DNA of 47,108 nucleotides from Phoronis australis (Eukaryota; Animalia; Phoronida). This document shows positions 12,491 through 26,474 of the stretch, piece by piece. Position numbers and translations under genes: made by a program. The notes beneath the pieces are model-generated. The model saw only the letters and a program-made list of their open reading frames with translations. It did no database searches and was not told the DNA's origin. The stretch lies in assembly GCA_002633005.1 (NCBI GenBank), contig NMRA01000134.1, forward strand, positions 593,925-641,032, read 5' to 3'. The first letter of the stretch is position 1; every line of letters starts with the position of its first letter.

Positions 12491-14404
12491 CTTAAGAGCA
12501 GAATCTCACAACATTATTAGTTCTGGCACATGGATTGTGGTATTATTTGATGGCTAACCAGCCTCATGTCTGTGAGTTTTTTCTTTTGAATATCTCATAT
12601 CAATCCAAAGAAATCAGTTTCTGAAATGCATAATGCCCTCTTTCTTTTACATACAGTCTTATTTCGAACATTCTAGGTCCTGCCTTCTCTATAGAAAATC
12701 TGATGAATATCTCCATTAAATTCTGTCTTTCCCTGATCTGACTTTGTTATCAAACTTATCCTTAAAATGCAATATATGCATTTTACAGTCTGCTGTAGGC
12801 TATAATCTTTCTCTCTTTTTCAATGACCATTCTTGCGTCCAAATCATTACAGAAGTGTGTCACCTTCATGCAATGATCAAATTACTTCTTTGTGTTGTTT
12901 GTTGTTGGCACAACTGCCTTACCAAGTTTAATAGGAAATTGTCAAAAGGTGATCACTTTTCATCCTTTTGTCTCCAATTAACCAGCTTGTGGAGAGTGTG
13001 CACATACTTCAAGATCGCCCACATTTAGAAATTTCGTTTTACACCACTGACAATGTGCCTACAGCCTCTCAACCACAAGAAAGCTATTTTTGTAGCACAT
13101 CAGCTCTGTTGTATAAATCTCATAACTTTTAAGATAACATTCACATAACACTCACTACACAAGTGTCACGCTCCACTGACATCTGTGTAATAGGGCAATG
13201 ACATTATGGCAACCATTCTAAAATTATGCACATCATGGCCACTGTACCACTGCAAAAATGTACTCTCGACATTCAAACGTAGCCAAACGATAAAAATGCT
13301 AAAGTCATGACACAGCTTAGCTAGATGGGGGCTGCTCAACAATTATGGGTCAACTACCCACAACTGAGAGTAGAAAATTCAATCAAGTACGAGAGATGAT
13401 GGATGAACGCAATAAAAAGTTACGTAATGATTGTCTTTTTCCCATCCATTGTGGTAGGGTGTCATGGTAAGATGATCCTGCAGGTACAACGCAGGTACAA
13501 CATATTTTTGTCTGACACTATCAATATAAGCCTATCCAACAGATGATCTCAATCAAATAATTAACATATGGGGGGACTGCACAGTGCTCACAATAACCAA
13601 ACTGAAGCTAGATGATAAACTGCTCTTCAACATCACCTAGAATGTCAACCAGAATTAAGCCAAAATAAAACTGAAGTCAATTTGATGCAATGGTTTAGTC
13701 TTCGGGATCTGAAAATTTTGACAAAACGGAATTAGGATTAAACCTAAAATTGTTGCTGAAATGCAACTGTAGGCTTTTCCTAAAAACTGAAACAGGAATA
13801 GAAGTTTACATCATGCTAAGAATGAAAGGTTTATCATTAAAAATCTGTAGCATGTCAAAGTGACATTACCGATTATAATTTGTGTTATTCTTGTTTCTTT
13901 CGTTTTTGCCAAAATTAAATAAAATCAAAAGATTTCTCTAATTCATTTAAAAACTAAAGAACCATTAGAAAATTCATTTAAAAAAGCAAATGTTTGTCAA
14001 CAAGCAGCCTGGGTACACCACTACTGTCATTTAAACACCACATAAAATAAAGAAAGCACACAGGAGACTTCACATGGATAATCAAACCTGTTAAACACTA
14101 AAACTGCATTACATTGTTTACTAGTTGTCCCCTTGATGAACTTCAGTGAACCAAGATTGGTGTTTGTCTCCAGCTAGTGCATATAAACATAATCTGTTTG
14201 ATCCATCAATAATCATGGCCTCCAAGAAAGGTGAGTTTATTACTACAAGAGTTCAACGACTAGGTCCAATAAAGACTCACACCTAGTGAAGAGTTCAGAG
14301 TAGAGCTGGAACAAAAAATATATAAAAGTACATAGAAGAAGGTTAATCAGAAGATGGCACAAGTTTGTCACTGTTTATAAAGGTCACACGGGTCACTGAG
14401 TCTG

Positions 14405-14418
14405 CTGCCCCCTAGTGT
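14405..14418 (-). promoter_or_regulatory. CTCF-like core motif, next to a DR3-like site (AGGTCAcacGGGTCA, 14381-14395)
   Basis: Reverse complement ACACTAGGGGGCAG is one mismatch from CCACTAGGGGGCAG. Confidence 0.4.
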
Positions 14419-17260
14419 TAATTCACAGGAAGCAGGGCAGGATGCTAATTAGTCTTCAAGTATCACTCAAGCATGCTGAAAAGGAACATTCCTTTTTCAC
14501 AGTAAGTAAACGATAAACCTGGGATATCAAATTGACTCCAAGAATTTTCCACAAATGCCAATGTCATTTCGTATGTAGAACATGACTTAACAGTATTCAC
14601 AACAGGGAAATTTGCATATCTCCTCTAATCAGGATGGGACCATTGACCAATGAATGAACGTAAATGAACCACTGAACTAAACAGCAAAGTCAGTCATGTC
14701 AATGTGAAAAAAACTAGTGTCATGGGTAAGCACCACACAGAATAGATTGATTGATGCTTACGTTATGGAAAACCTTTGTTGTAAAAGATAACTTGATAAC
14801 CATTATTGTATTTTTGTTACTATTACTTTTACAATATTATCCATCAATTCACAAAGGAAGTTGTTTTGAAACTCTGGCAAAACTAGCCACATGACCCAAT
14901 TAATGGTAGATTGGGAAAGAATTAAAAAATTAATTTTATAGGCTTTCTACTTTCGCAAAATATAATTATACTGTTACTGAGTAAAAATCTAATTTCCGCA
15001 TATTTGATTTACTAGACAGACCTTAAGTTGATATGTAACAGGCTTATTACAGTAATACCTGCCAATGGACAATAAAAACTGTCTACACGGTAATCATCAC
15101 TGCAATTCAAAGCAACAATCCATCACGTCATATTATGACAGGTGGTAGATACAAAAACCTCACATGTCTAACACATGCTAGTTGTTTTTCACTGCAACCA
15201 ATGGTTGGTGAACGTCAACCACATAAACAGTAACTACAACAAAATGGCTCTGGTATAAATCTTTAATTGTTTTAGTATATCACCATCACATCTGAACACT
15301 TGACAAACCTCCAAAGACCTACGTTTGTTCTGTCAGAAGCTTGAGTTTTGTTTTTCAGAAGAGGTGTTAAAATAGAACATACAGCAGAGGTAAATATTTA
15401 GAACCAAAATCGATGTTTGGAAAAAATTTAAAGTAAAGGCTTTTATTGCTTCTTAGTGTTTTGATTCTGTGCTTAATTTTTAAAGGTACAAGCTAAAATT
15501 TGCCTCCACGTTCCAAAAGCAAGTTCTAGCTAGACTGTCCATAATAGCTGCAGCAGATGAATCTTTCAAACACACCATCATGTTTTTACTTCAGTTCTAG
15601 ACTTCTCCACCAGGCTTGAAATTTGACAGCTACATCTTTGAGAATGATTTATTATTGGTTTAATGATCCTAACATGATTGAGGGAGCGCCCAGTCCACAT
15701 TTTATGCCAAGTGATAATTCTGTAGTAAGGGCAAGAGCTGACAGATAGCTATGGGCTATCTCACGCCAATGCAAGAACAATTGAATGTTCCAACAGCTTA
15801 TTCTTCATTTGCTGTCCTACTTTCACACCTTGGAGTGAGCTGCCAGCTCTAAGCTCAACTCATATCTCCAATATTGGGGCTGGCACTAATGCTGGTGAAA
15901 ACACTGCACACTTCAGTGTGAGAGATGTCAGAGAGCACTGCTTATAACAGGAGTTGTGATGATTGATAACCCATTGCAATGAAGCAAACACTTAAATTGA
16001 AACTGCTACATATTCTTACTAACAACATCTGCAACACAAGTCAGTTGAAGTCTCAACTATCGCTTTGGCAAAAACATCATCAGGAGATTCCTGCAAGCCT
16101 TCATCTAGTGGGCATATGAATGGACACTCTCATTAACATTTTGACACCCTAGCTAGGATGCCCTGTTCAGCACTTGGAAGATCAGGATAAGTAATCATGA
16201 GTGTAACTTGCTAACAAGCCGTGGGAGCACACTGACCTATTCAGAACATAAAGTTAGTTTCAAGATATAATGTAAAATACCTATTCATCAGTACAGACCC
16301 GTGTCTCCACAGTAACTAACTGCACTATAATAGCACTTAAACTTGGGGTCATGAGCGTGCAGTTGTGCATCATTGGTCATGGATCCTGAGAAATAACAAT
16401 GAAACTCATTTTGGAGTTCTCTCTTTGAAATCGTGAATGAGCTTCTGCATATTTTAAAGTTGTGGAAAAGGACACTGCATGACCTTTTAATTGTAACAGA
16501 TCATCTAGTCCCTCATAACTTAGAACCAGAAATGGGTATCTTCAAAGTAACCCACTAGGGTAGGGAATTATCTGCAGAGGAATTTCCATTCAACCAAAAA
16601 CTTACGCTCAAAGCCACCTTTCCCCATAGGTAAGTGAGAGCTCTGATTCAAAAGGATTGCTAGAATTCATTGAGGGGAAATTAAGCTAGTTTCTTGAAAT
16701 ATAGCAAAAGTTACAAGTATGCTGTTACCTGCAGCATGACCTACGTAATGATTCTTTAACTTACATTTACTCGATCATCACGACTAATGAGGTACTGAAG
16801 TCACAGTCATAAAAAGTCACGCAAGTTATTATTAGTTTTACATCGCGAGTTGTAATGAAAAGGTAGTCGCTCATACCAAGGGAGCTGTGGGGGTGCTTGA
16901 AGATGCGGATGCTTTTTAGGGAGAATACGGAAAATGCTAAAAATACAAAGAGAACTGTCTTTTTCATGTAAAAAACAAGTTTCTCCTTTGTCATCCTTGG
17001 GCACAGAAGTGGTGCACCTTATGTGAGATCTTAAGCTGTTGAAATCCCAGACAGCGTACACACAGTACCTGTTTTGACTAGCTATTCACTCACTGAACAG
17101 CGCCAGGCAATATTGTTTACTGTAGTAAAAGTGAATAAACAACCCTCAATTGTCAGTACACCTGAAGAACAACCCAGTCTGAGCAACAATTATGACATCG
17201 GACCTAAGCCACTGCTGGATATTTGCCCTCTCCTGTGTCAGTGCTAAGCCCATCTCACCT

Positions 17261-17471
17261 TATCCATGATGTACTAGAGTATATCCATGATGTACTAGAG
17301 TATATCCGTGATGTACTAGAGTACGACCATGACGTACTAGAGTATGTCTGTGATGTACTAGAGTATGTCCGTGATGTACTAGAGAATGTCGATGATGTAC
17401 TACAGTGCGTCCACGAAAAATAGAGTACGTCTGTGATGTACTAAAGTGCGTTCGTGATGTACTAGAGTACG
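17261..17471. repeat. 21-bp minisatellite, ~10 copies
   Basis: Unit tgatgtactagagtatatcca with variants. Confidence 0.92.
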
Positions 17472-17494
17472 TTGGTAATCGGACAAAGAGAGCT

Positions 17495-17822
17495 CAGGGC
17501 TCGACATAACGAGTTAGAGAGCACTGATTCAACTTTCACGTCGGCAACTTGCCTTGTGCTCTAGAGTCTTTCAATGGCGGTCATGAAGAACAGTAAGGCC
17601 GTACCTGCTGAGATCCGAAATTTGTGAGTATTTAACGCTGCAGCTAAGAGCATAATCTAAACATTTTCTCGATGACCTAAAAAATCTATTTTGGCGCGTA
17701 AAATGGCGGGAAAATTTTGCGACCTGGCATTTACGAATGCGAGCTGGATTTTGAAAATGCGACCTGGGATTTTGGCTAGGTGGCAAAATGCGACCTGGTG
17801 ATTTTAATAGCGTCGAGCCCTG
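17495..17822. mobile_element. MITE with TIR CAGGGCTCGAC and 5-bp TSD GAGCT
   Basis: GAGCT|CAGGGCTCGAC ... GTCGAGCCCTG|GAGCT, with subterminal tgcgacctgg repeats. Confidence 0.85.
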
Positions 17823-18049
17823 GAGCTGGTGCAATTTTTCATCAAAGCTGGTAACAAAAATCTGCTAGGGAAAGGAATTCAATTAAAAACAGAAACTTGC
17901 ATTTTTAACATCAATCAAAATTAAAGTTACAGCACTCGACACTGTTTTGAGCCTCGACTGAAAAACAACATAACCAGTACTCAAATATTGATCGCAAAAC
18001 AAGTAAGTATCTCCAAATCAGTAATTAATTGACAACCAACTTGGGACAG

Positions 18050-18510
18050 AGCATAATCATCAGTTATTGATGAGCAGGTTTGGATATTACGCAGTCATTG
18101 ACTAGCAGCTTGGGGCAGTGCACAGTCATTTGCCATTGACTAGCAGCTTCAGGTAGAGCAGTCATCAGTCATTGACTATCAGCATGACATAGTAAATAGT
18201 CAAGTCGTTGTCTAGCAGCACAAGATATATGGTACATAGTCATCAGACATGGACTAGCACCTTGAGATAGTGCAGTGATCAGTCATTGACTATCAGCACA
18301 GGATAGTAATTAATCAAGTCACAGTAGTGCAAGACGGTATACAGTACACAGTCATCAGTCAATGACTAGCACCTTGAGATAGTGCAGTGATCAGTCACTG
18401 ACTATCAATACAGGATAGTAATTAGTCAAGTCATAGTAGTACAAGACGGTATACAGTACATAGTCACTGACTAGCACCTTGAGATAGAAGTCATTGACTA
18501 GCAATGTGAG
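18050..18510. repeat. Degenerate minisatellite (cagtcattgactagca) with a ~112-bp higher-order duplication
   Basis: gactagcaccttgagatag recurs at ~18252, ~18364 and ~18469. Confidence 0.75.
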
Positions 18511-21500
18511 ATATTACACAGTATAAAAGCAGTAGGAACACACTGTCACAAGAAACACAATTTTGTTAACGATTTGTGTTGATTTAGCAATAGACCTAGA
18601 TTTTGGAGCTGAATATCTGCCTCATTCCCCTCACACAAAAATCCCCTTGTCACTTTTAAGTCACACAGACCCTCAGCCTCAGAATGTTTTATCTACTACA
18701 AGGCAGGTGACTGAAGGGAGGGGGAGAATTTCTCCTCCCCGAATAAAAATTCCCTCAGAAAGCACAGGCAACTTTCACCTCATGCGAGTGAGGGTCCTGA
18801 ATGAGCACACACAATGGCCTACACAATATTTAACACAAGCTAAGGCCATTGCTCACCTTACAGGAAAGTTAACTGTACCTTCCAAGTTGGAGATTTTGTG
18901 GTTGAAGGGAAAATTTCCCTCACCCCCCAGTCAACAACAACTTTCCTTCCCTCCTTCCAGTCATCGACCTCATCGTTAATGAAGTGCACAAGTAGACAAA
19001 ACTAACATTTTGTAGAAGTTATTCTCGCCTGTGTGGAAATTTTTTAATCACTGGAAAGGAATTTCAGGACCAAATGAGGGAAATTTCACTACTTTTAAAT
19101 ATTCTTCATCGAGTAACAGAGCTGATATTCAAACCCGAAATTGAAGCATCAAGGCCCCTGTAGACTGTGCCTATCATTTGCACTTGCTCAATGGAAATAA
19201 ATACAAAACCACAATGTGAGCCCTACACTGGAGTGTTAACATCCTTCTTTTATTTCACAGTAAAGACATCCCAAACGCATAGAAATTAATAGAGTATTTC
19301 TGTCCGAAAAACAAGCACTTATTTTTGCAAGCTTTTGCAGGACATCACATGAACTGTCCCGTAATGCCCACAGGCTTTGGCTCACTCGTACAAATCACCA
19401 AAAGCGTACGTACACCCACAAATGGACTTGGTTTTGCCAAAACATCATGCCACAGGGGCCAAAAGTTGATGTCTAAATGGGACTTTAGATTCAAGTGGAA
19501 CACAAGCAATTTGAAGAGGAAGGTCTGGAAAACACATCAGCTTTTCTCCAACCAGGCAGTAGTTATGGCCAGCAACACTGAGTGCACCTACTTCCACTAT
19601 CTGTGGTGTCAAGGTGCATTCCTCAGGTCTGCTACAAACCACAACTGTTGAGGGCTGTCCAACTTGACATGGCTAATGGCTAAGTGATGAAACAGGGAAT
19701 TTATAGTTTGCATGCAGACTTGCAGCAGTAGCACAACATTGGCCAGAACTGTACCACCCCCTTTCTTTGAAAACTAACAGTTGTGAGAGGGAATTAAAAT
19801 ACTGAAGCACATCCAGTTTGAACTAGTCCAACATGTTGCCTTAGACACATACAGGCCAGATCCCACGTACACTGGTGAACTAGCCATTAGACAAGGTTCC
19901 ATGGTTGGCGGGAACCACCATATGGACGATTATATCAAAAAATTAGCACCAATGCACCTCCCCTGGATTAGAGGAATCTGGAGAAAACGGCTAAGCTTCA
20001 GGTTGTATTAGAGATTATGGTGATGTAGAGACTCATATGTCACCATGTGTGAGAGGATTAACAGGTGTGTTAGTGAACAATACTGCAGCAACACATACAC
20101 CATGGCATCATAAATACGCAACTATAAGCAATTGCCGCTATAAAATACCTATGAAAAGTATAAATTAGGGACAATCTCACAATCAATTTCAGAGTTTAAC
20201 TGAAATGGCATCTTTCCAAGGAATGCTGCACACCTTAACTAAGGTGTCTAAGCTCCATTGGAGGTGTGAAAGGTTTAATTCTACACAGTGAGTTCTCACT
20301 CAAAATTCATGTTAATGCCTAAGAAAGAAACCAGATTAAAAGAAACAATCAGTACCATAAGAGTTATTGCTAGAGGTTGCAACATATATACATATATATT
20401 AGTTGCACTGCCCAGTAATTAGTGACTGAATCATTAACCATTAATTTAAAATGTTAGCAAAAAAGAATAAATGAAAAGTCGTAAACAGTTTCGACAGATC
20501 TACCGAAGAGGCCCTTCGAGAGAGGCTTCAGTGTAATTCGTGCGGATCACCAATACATACAACTTGTACATCTCACTGTAAAGGCTTTGAATGCAAGTAG
20601 CCACTCGATACCACACTACTCTAAGAATGATGTACCGTACCAGTAGTTTACATGTACTGTTTACAGCTTGCAATCGGCATAAACAGACAATAGTACAGTA
20701 CTTGAAAAGTATCACTTCACATCGCCACTGGTGACAGCAAACCTGGACATGCTTAGGAAGATGTCACAGCATGCAATCAAATGGTTGCTACAGTAGATTT
20801 CGTCAGCAAGATTCTGTTATTAGCATAAATTTGTGGCTGCAGATGTAACATCAGGTCTGTCCAGAAGTAATGACAAATGCGACTAACCTTTAATCGAGTT
20901 TCTTCTGTTCAAAGCATGACCATACGGCTTTGAAAATAAACCGAGAAATGAAATACGGGTAGGCACAGAGGTGTAGCTAGGACCATCCTGGGCAGCATCC
21001 CAACAGGGGAACACCGCTGATGGGAGAGGGTAGCACAAAGAAAGGCGAGAATTGGGGGTACTACATAACAAATACAAGCATAAACGCAGGAGGCGAATGG
21101 TAAGTCAATGCAAACTTGCATTGAACAGGACACATCGCTAAACCAAGTTATGTGAACCTTTTGCACAATATTGCAATACCTACTTCACGCCAGACCACCA
21201 CAAGTGGCCATGTCATGGTACATGCGTACTAACTACAGTGTGCAAACTGCAGCAGAAAGTAATTATCTTATCACCATGTAGAGACACTTTCCGTTTTATC
21301 ATTCAATATGTGACAGACCACAGCAACTTCTTTTGTTTTTTCAATGTAATGGACGGATGGAAAAGAGTAGACTTAAAATAACGAGTGGTCACAGAGGCGG
21401 GTTTTGTGCAATGTAATCAAACTGTCTTGTAACAATGAGATCCACATTCCACTAACTACAATGCTACAAGAGCAAAGCCATGAAAGCAGGAAAATGAAGC

Positions 21501-21517
21501 CTCAATTATGTCCGAGG

Positions 21518-21705
21518 TATTCACTACTTGCACACTTTGGTGGCGTTGCAAAAAATGATTGTTGTGGATTTTTAAGACACAGTGCCTCATTTTAGCATCA
21601 ATTTTAACAATGAAAACGTCAAGGCGCGCTTGTTCCAAACATTTGAAGTTTGAACAAAACACCTCCTTTTCAAGCGCAATGGCCAATTTGTGCAGCAATG
21701 AATTC
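21518..21705. mobile_element. Short MITE with TIR ATTCACTACTTGCACA, copy 2
   Basis: tattcactacttgcacactttggtggc..tgcctcattttagcatcaat is shared with 12291-12490. Confidence 0.68.
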
Positions 21706-24700
21706 AAGAGTATTCCCTTTAAGAATATCTCAAGTTTAAATCCCTGGAGATGTCAAATGCAGGTACACTTGGGTACTGCAAGTTAACAGTATTTTAGTGA
21801 TCCAGAAATGATAATAATTAATAATTCAAAGCTCAAGTATGGTGTATAACTGGTAAAACAGTGTCTTCCTGCTCAAGATGTTCATACAAACATTTATTCA
21901 ATTTCAACACAAGGCTACAGACTCTGGACTGGAGCCTTTCAATGACAACAGCACTTGAGATAATCATGCACTCCTACAGAGATGAAGTGCAAGGAACTTA
22001 TAACAAAAGGTGTCACTGCTGCAGAGTTTCAACAGAGAAACACACGCCAAGAAGGCAGCATCCTGGCCACGTTATGTATTCGCAAGGCATTTGCTATTAA
22101 AGCTAGTGTGATCACATACACACACACTTTTATGCATGATGACACCTGGTGGAGACTTTAGAGTAAGATTGCTTTTCCTGCACAATACTTACTCCACATT
22201 ATAAACACAGGTCTGACTTGAACTCAACATTACAACACGCTCGTCTAGGCAGGTAACTCAAATTGGAGGATTTAAAAATGAGACGACAGGCATAAGCCGA
22301 GCATGGCCGTTTTTTTTCAGAAGTTTGGGGTGGCAGTTACCTGAATGCTCGATTCAGGTAAATGCCTGGAGCATACAGCTACATTGTACAAGCATGCAAG
22401 ACTGAAATAAAATATAGTCAGGAGAGCATTGTATGCCTGTTTCCCTGCACAAATAAAGCAAGGTTGTGCTGAACTGCTCAGTACTCGAAGATAAGCAAGT
22501 TTTCGAGTTGTATTCCCATGAGTTGGACTTTCACAAAGATACTGACCACTTTCAATAAGACTCAATCTTATCAACTGAAAGTGGCAGTTATGTTGAAATG
22601 TGTTGATTTCAGAGGCGAGCATTAAGTTAAACATAGCAATTCACCCAGAGGAGTAATGTACATAAGAGGAAACCTTGACAAACAGTTGCTTGCATCAATA
22701 TCCCAAAAGGCCAAATGCAGGACTCCAAGAAGAACTAGTGCTTTGAATGAGCTTAATTCAAACCACACTGTCTTCCAAGTGTGTATTTATTACACAAGTC
22801 CAGACAAGGGTGATGTAATACAAGCAGGAGATCCCCAGGATCAAATCAATAGTGGTCAGAGTTACACAACATGACCACAACCAGGACAATGTCCTCCACT
22901 CCAATCAATAGAGCAGGTGAGCAGACCACATAAGATATAGAGGGACTGCCCTCCAGCTGACCACACAACTGAAGGATTCATTGGAAGACTGTCTGGGTTC
23001 AAGTGAAGTGAGGTGATGCAGGACTCAGTGTCACAATAGTACTGTTGGACTATTGTCATTGAGGCATAAGCTTCCTAAGTTCAACGTGTAATTAATTCAA
23101 ATGTAAGGAAACAGAGGTAAAGTGATTTGAATACTCTCTGTTCACCGAATCACACCGACAGCAACAAAAAAGATCAGAGTCGAAGAAATATGTAAAATCT
23201 CAATAATTCCTGAAATAATTCCTAAAATAACATTTTTTTCATTTTTCATAAGCATCTTCTACCATTGTTGTAATGCCCATAATTTTTCAACATAAATCCT
23301 GTTGGTAGCTATGCTACAGAATTTGAATATCGTGACTTGGTATTTTAACCAGGTCTCCAAATACAAACTAAGGTTTAACTGCCTTTGGTTCACAACTGTT
23401 CTATATATTTAGTCAAATCAGTACATCTGCCACCCTCAAGACACATCCGAGCACATGCTCAAACTAAAACAGGAAGTAAACAGACGGGAGTTGGAATAGT
23501 TCAGCAAAACACAGACAGGGCCCCGATCATGGCGCATGCATACACAATGTGTTCAGATTAACTGCAAATTTGGTCAAAACTACAATTTTAAATAAAAATG
23601 ACAGTCATAACAATGTTTACTTTGTTCTACATCACTTCCTCATTCTATGTATGATTTCAAAAAGCGCATGTAAACAAAATTAAAGACAGGTTTAGCGAAG
23701 AATTTCAACTCACTTTTTATTATCGTTAAGAGACTCAACTGGTTTTAGGTCCAGAAAATGTGTTTTATTGTCAGATACTAAATTAGATGCTATATGTACC
23801 TATTTGAGGCCATCCATGGCTTTAAATCCTTCTCACTAGAACAAATACTTTGGTAACTAAGACTTCTTTCCAATACATTATATCAGTTTTTGGGCACAAT
23901 AAGATCGTCCGGTTTTTAATCTTTCCAATACATCTATTCTTTCGTAAACGAAATTGATGACAAAAGATATTTTGCATCTACTTGTTTAATATCTAAATTA
24001 CCTTTGTAAATATCAGCACTGTACATAAGTTGACCTTAACTGATCCTTGATTAAATGAAAGTTATTGTATTAACTGCAGTGAGGACACTGTGATTGTATG
24101 ATCTGTACCGTACTTATTGTATTGAATAAAAAGTTAAGACAAGAATATCTTAATATATTTTGCAAAGGCACGAACATAGCGACTTGGTACCTTAAGTTTC
24201 AACAATTAGTTAACTCAGATAAATCACCAGTGTAATGTGCCAGTGTTTGACTTAATCCCCATGTTATGGAGGTCGACCACAATGTCACTGAAAACTTGAC
24301 ACACCATAGACATGCGCAATGATGCTTTCATAACAGAAATGGTTTCTTTACAATTTTATAAACGAAATTATTCATAAAAATGTTGACTGTGGGAGTATCC
24401 CTGTTCAAACTGAAAGGATTTAAAGATTCTAACTGTCTCCAAAGGCATCCAGCTACACTCGAAAGCTACATAGTAATGTCAGTTTGATCGTTTAGCCAGG
24501 GTTTAGCGTAATTTCTAGAAAACCTCTCCGCCTATAGGATTGATTCAGATGAGCCACTACCTACAGTTAAACATGCTTAACATATTTGGCTATTTGATCA
24601 CATTGACTTTTTTTGCATTTAGTTCCACTAACAAAGTGTGGGGATGCAACTAATGAGATCAAAGTCTAATCTGAAATAGACAACATTGACGCAGTCACCG

Positions 24701-24973
24701 ATAAGGTTGCGACGTAGCCAGACGTAGGTTAACCAGACCGCATAAAGTGGAGAAAATTTTCTTGCTAACTACTATATTGGCCTGGTGGTCGTGTAAAAAA
24801 ACAAACTTATTTACTTTAGTTGACTAACACCACGTAATTCATGAAAACTTGGAACAAATTTAAAATTAATACAGACACGTTTGTGTTCCTCGTTTCAAAG
24901 TCTACAACCAAAATTGGAAAAATCAAAGGCATTTTCCCCCTAGACTGTGCTAAATTCTAACAATGTTGCTCAC

Positions 24974-25175
24974 CAGATTCATGCAAGACTAAACGTTGGT
25001 CTGATGAGAAGTCTGGTTTCACGACTGCTTGCAAAGCTGCGGATGCGCTGGTCTCATCTTCTATGTGCGTTGCCGATGACATCTGGGGTTCCAGCTTAAT
25101 TTGAGAATATGCGTCTAATGTCGCCGAGTTACAAGGAACTACGTTAGGAGATGAGTGCATGGTATCCATTTCCAT
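24974..25175 (-). CDS. Putative first coding exon of an unidentified minus-strand gene (MEMDTMHSSPNVVPCNSATLDAYSQIKLEPQMSS...LHES)
   Basis: Stop-free, protein-like composition (Ser/Ala/acidic, IKLE SUMO-type motif). Acceptor ttttagcag| near 25249, donor TCTG|gtgagc at 24973 (phase 1). No recognisable domain, and downstream exons were not identified. Confidence 0.5.
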
Positions 25176-25914
25176 CCTTTCCGGCTGATGGTCACCGACA
25201 ACAAAAACCGCACGCCTACAACGGATGGTATGCAAAAAAATTCAAGCACCTGCTAAAAGCTGTTTTTACGAGATCGCGACCGGTTTCACAATTCTACCAT
25301 ATAATTCACACAACTGTCACCACTAACATAACGAAGATCAACTGCACAACAGGAATACGTTGACTAACAACAACTATTCATGTGTAGAAGCTAAAGCCCT
25401 TGCCAACGCATGCTTTCAGTGCAAATCGCGAGACCCAGAAAGCAAAGACGGGTCAACATGGCGTCTCAACCATGCAATGTATAGTACTCATAGACACATT
25501 TTTTACAAAATGATATATTTCCCTGCAAGTTTACATAAAATCGGTACAGATAAGACAAAATTACTTTAAAGAGCAACACTGTCTGCCCATATTACATTAA
25601 AAATACAAAAAATGTTTGTAGACGACCACTGTGTTGACCATTATGGAACAGGGTATAAACAATGCATCTCATTGATAAATGTGCTGCAGCACATTTTAAA
25701 GGGAAATCGGGGTTACTTTCACCAACAGTTATGCAAAACTGTATTCAATGAGCGTTTACCGGCTACGCAATAGTAATAGTATGGACATGCCACAGCGACA
25801 GGTTGCATTTTTTTCAATTTTATGGTTTAATGGTCTTGATACAAATTTGGGGTCAATTCAGATTAAAGCGGTATTCACAATGCAATGCTTGATGTAAAAA
25901 CTGAAAAACGAGTT

Positions 25915-26474
25915 GGACCGCTGACAGTTATAAAATTGGTCTCAAATCATTCCTTACTCAGTTTTAAAGTAACTTTGGGCTCGGGAAGATTTCTTCAGAC
26001 CTAGCCCATCAAATTTCCGTGGATAACGTGCTGAAATGTTATCATCTGGTCTGAAGTACGGCGAAAATGTTAGTTTGTTAAGGGCCTACCAGGGGCGGAT
26101 CCGGGATTTTGAGTTGGGGGGGCAGGGCACAAGAATAACCGCCACATGCGCGCGCCCAGCCTAAAATGTAGGGCTGCAGGGGTCTTGAATTTTTGGGTTT
26201 GCGGACCTCATTACTCAAAAAAACGGTTAACGGAGATTGTTCAAAGCCTATGTATTGCGCATTCGCCCCCCGAGCCCCCCTGGGTGCGCGCATATACTAG
26301 ACAGCAATTCACACCCCGTACTGTTAAATGGTATCTAGGACAATTTTAGGAGGAGGGGCATGGCCCCCTTGCCCCCAATTGGCCCCCTTGCCCTCCTCGC
26401 CACTGCCTACAAAGGCACACAAATTTTGAATAAGAAATAATTTGAGACCAAATTCATAACGGTAAGAGGTCTCA
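25915..26474. mobile_element. Composite MITE cluster: outer inverted arms with nested GC-rich hAT-like MITEs
   Basis: aaattggtctcaaatcattcctta pairs with taagaaataatttgagaccaaatt. Inside are caggggcggatcc (26090) and catgcgcgcgcccag..ctgggtgcgcgcat (26145-26293). Confidence 0.55.

Noticed and set aside
17170-17195. 13-nt similarity to miR-315 on the minus strand
   Set aside because: The seed region mismatches and the hairpin is weak.
17223-17423. ORF with (HDVLEYI)n heptads, or a CRISPR-like array
   Set aside because: A 21-bp tandem repeat with no unique spacers, in a eukaryotic context.
22862-23074. Candidate second exon of the minus-strand gene
   Set aside because: Joining in phase 1 from 24974 hits a stop within ~14 codons, and no motif was recognised.
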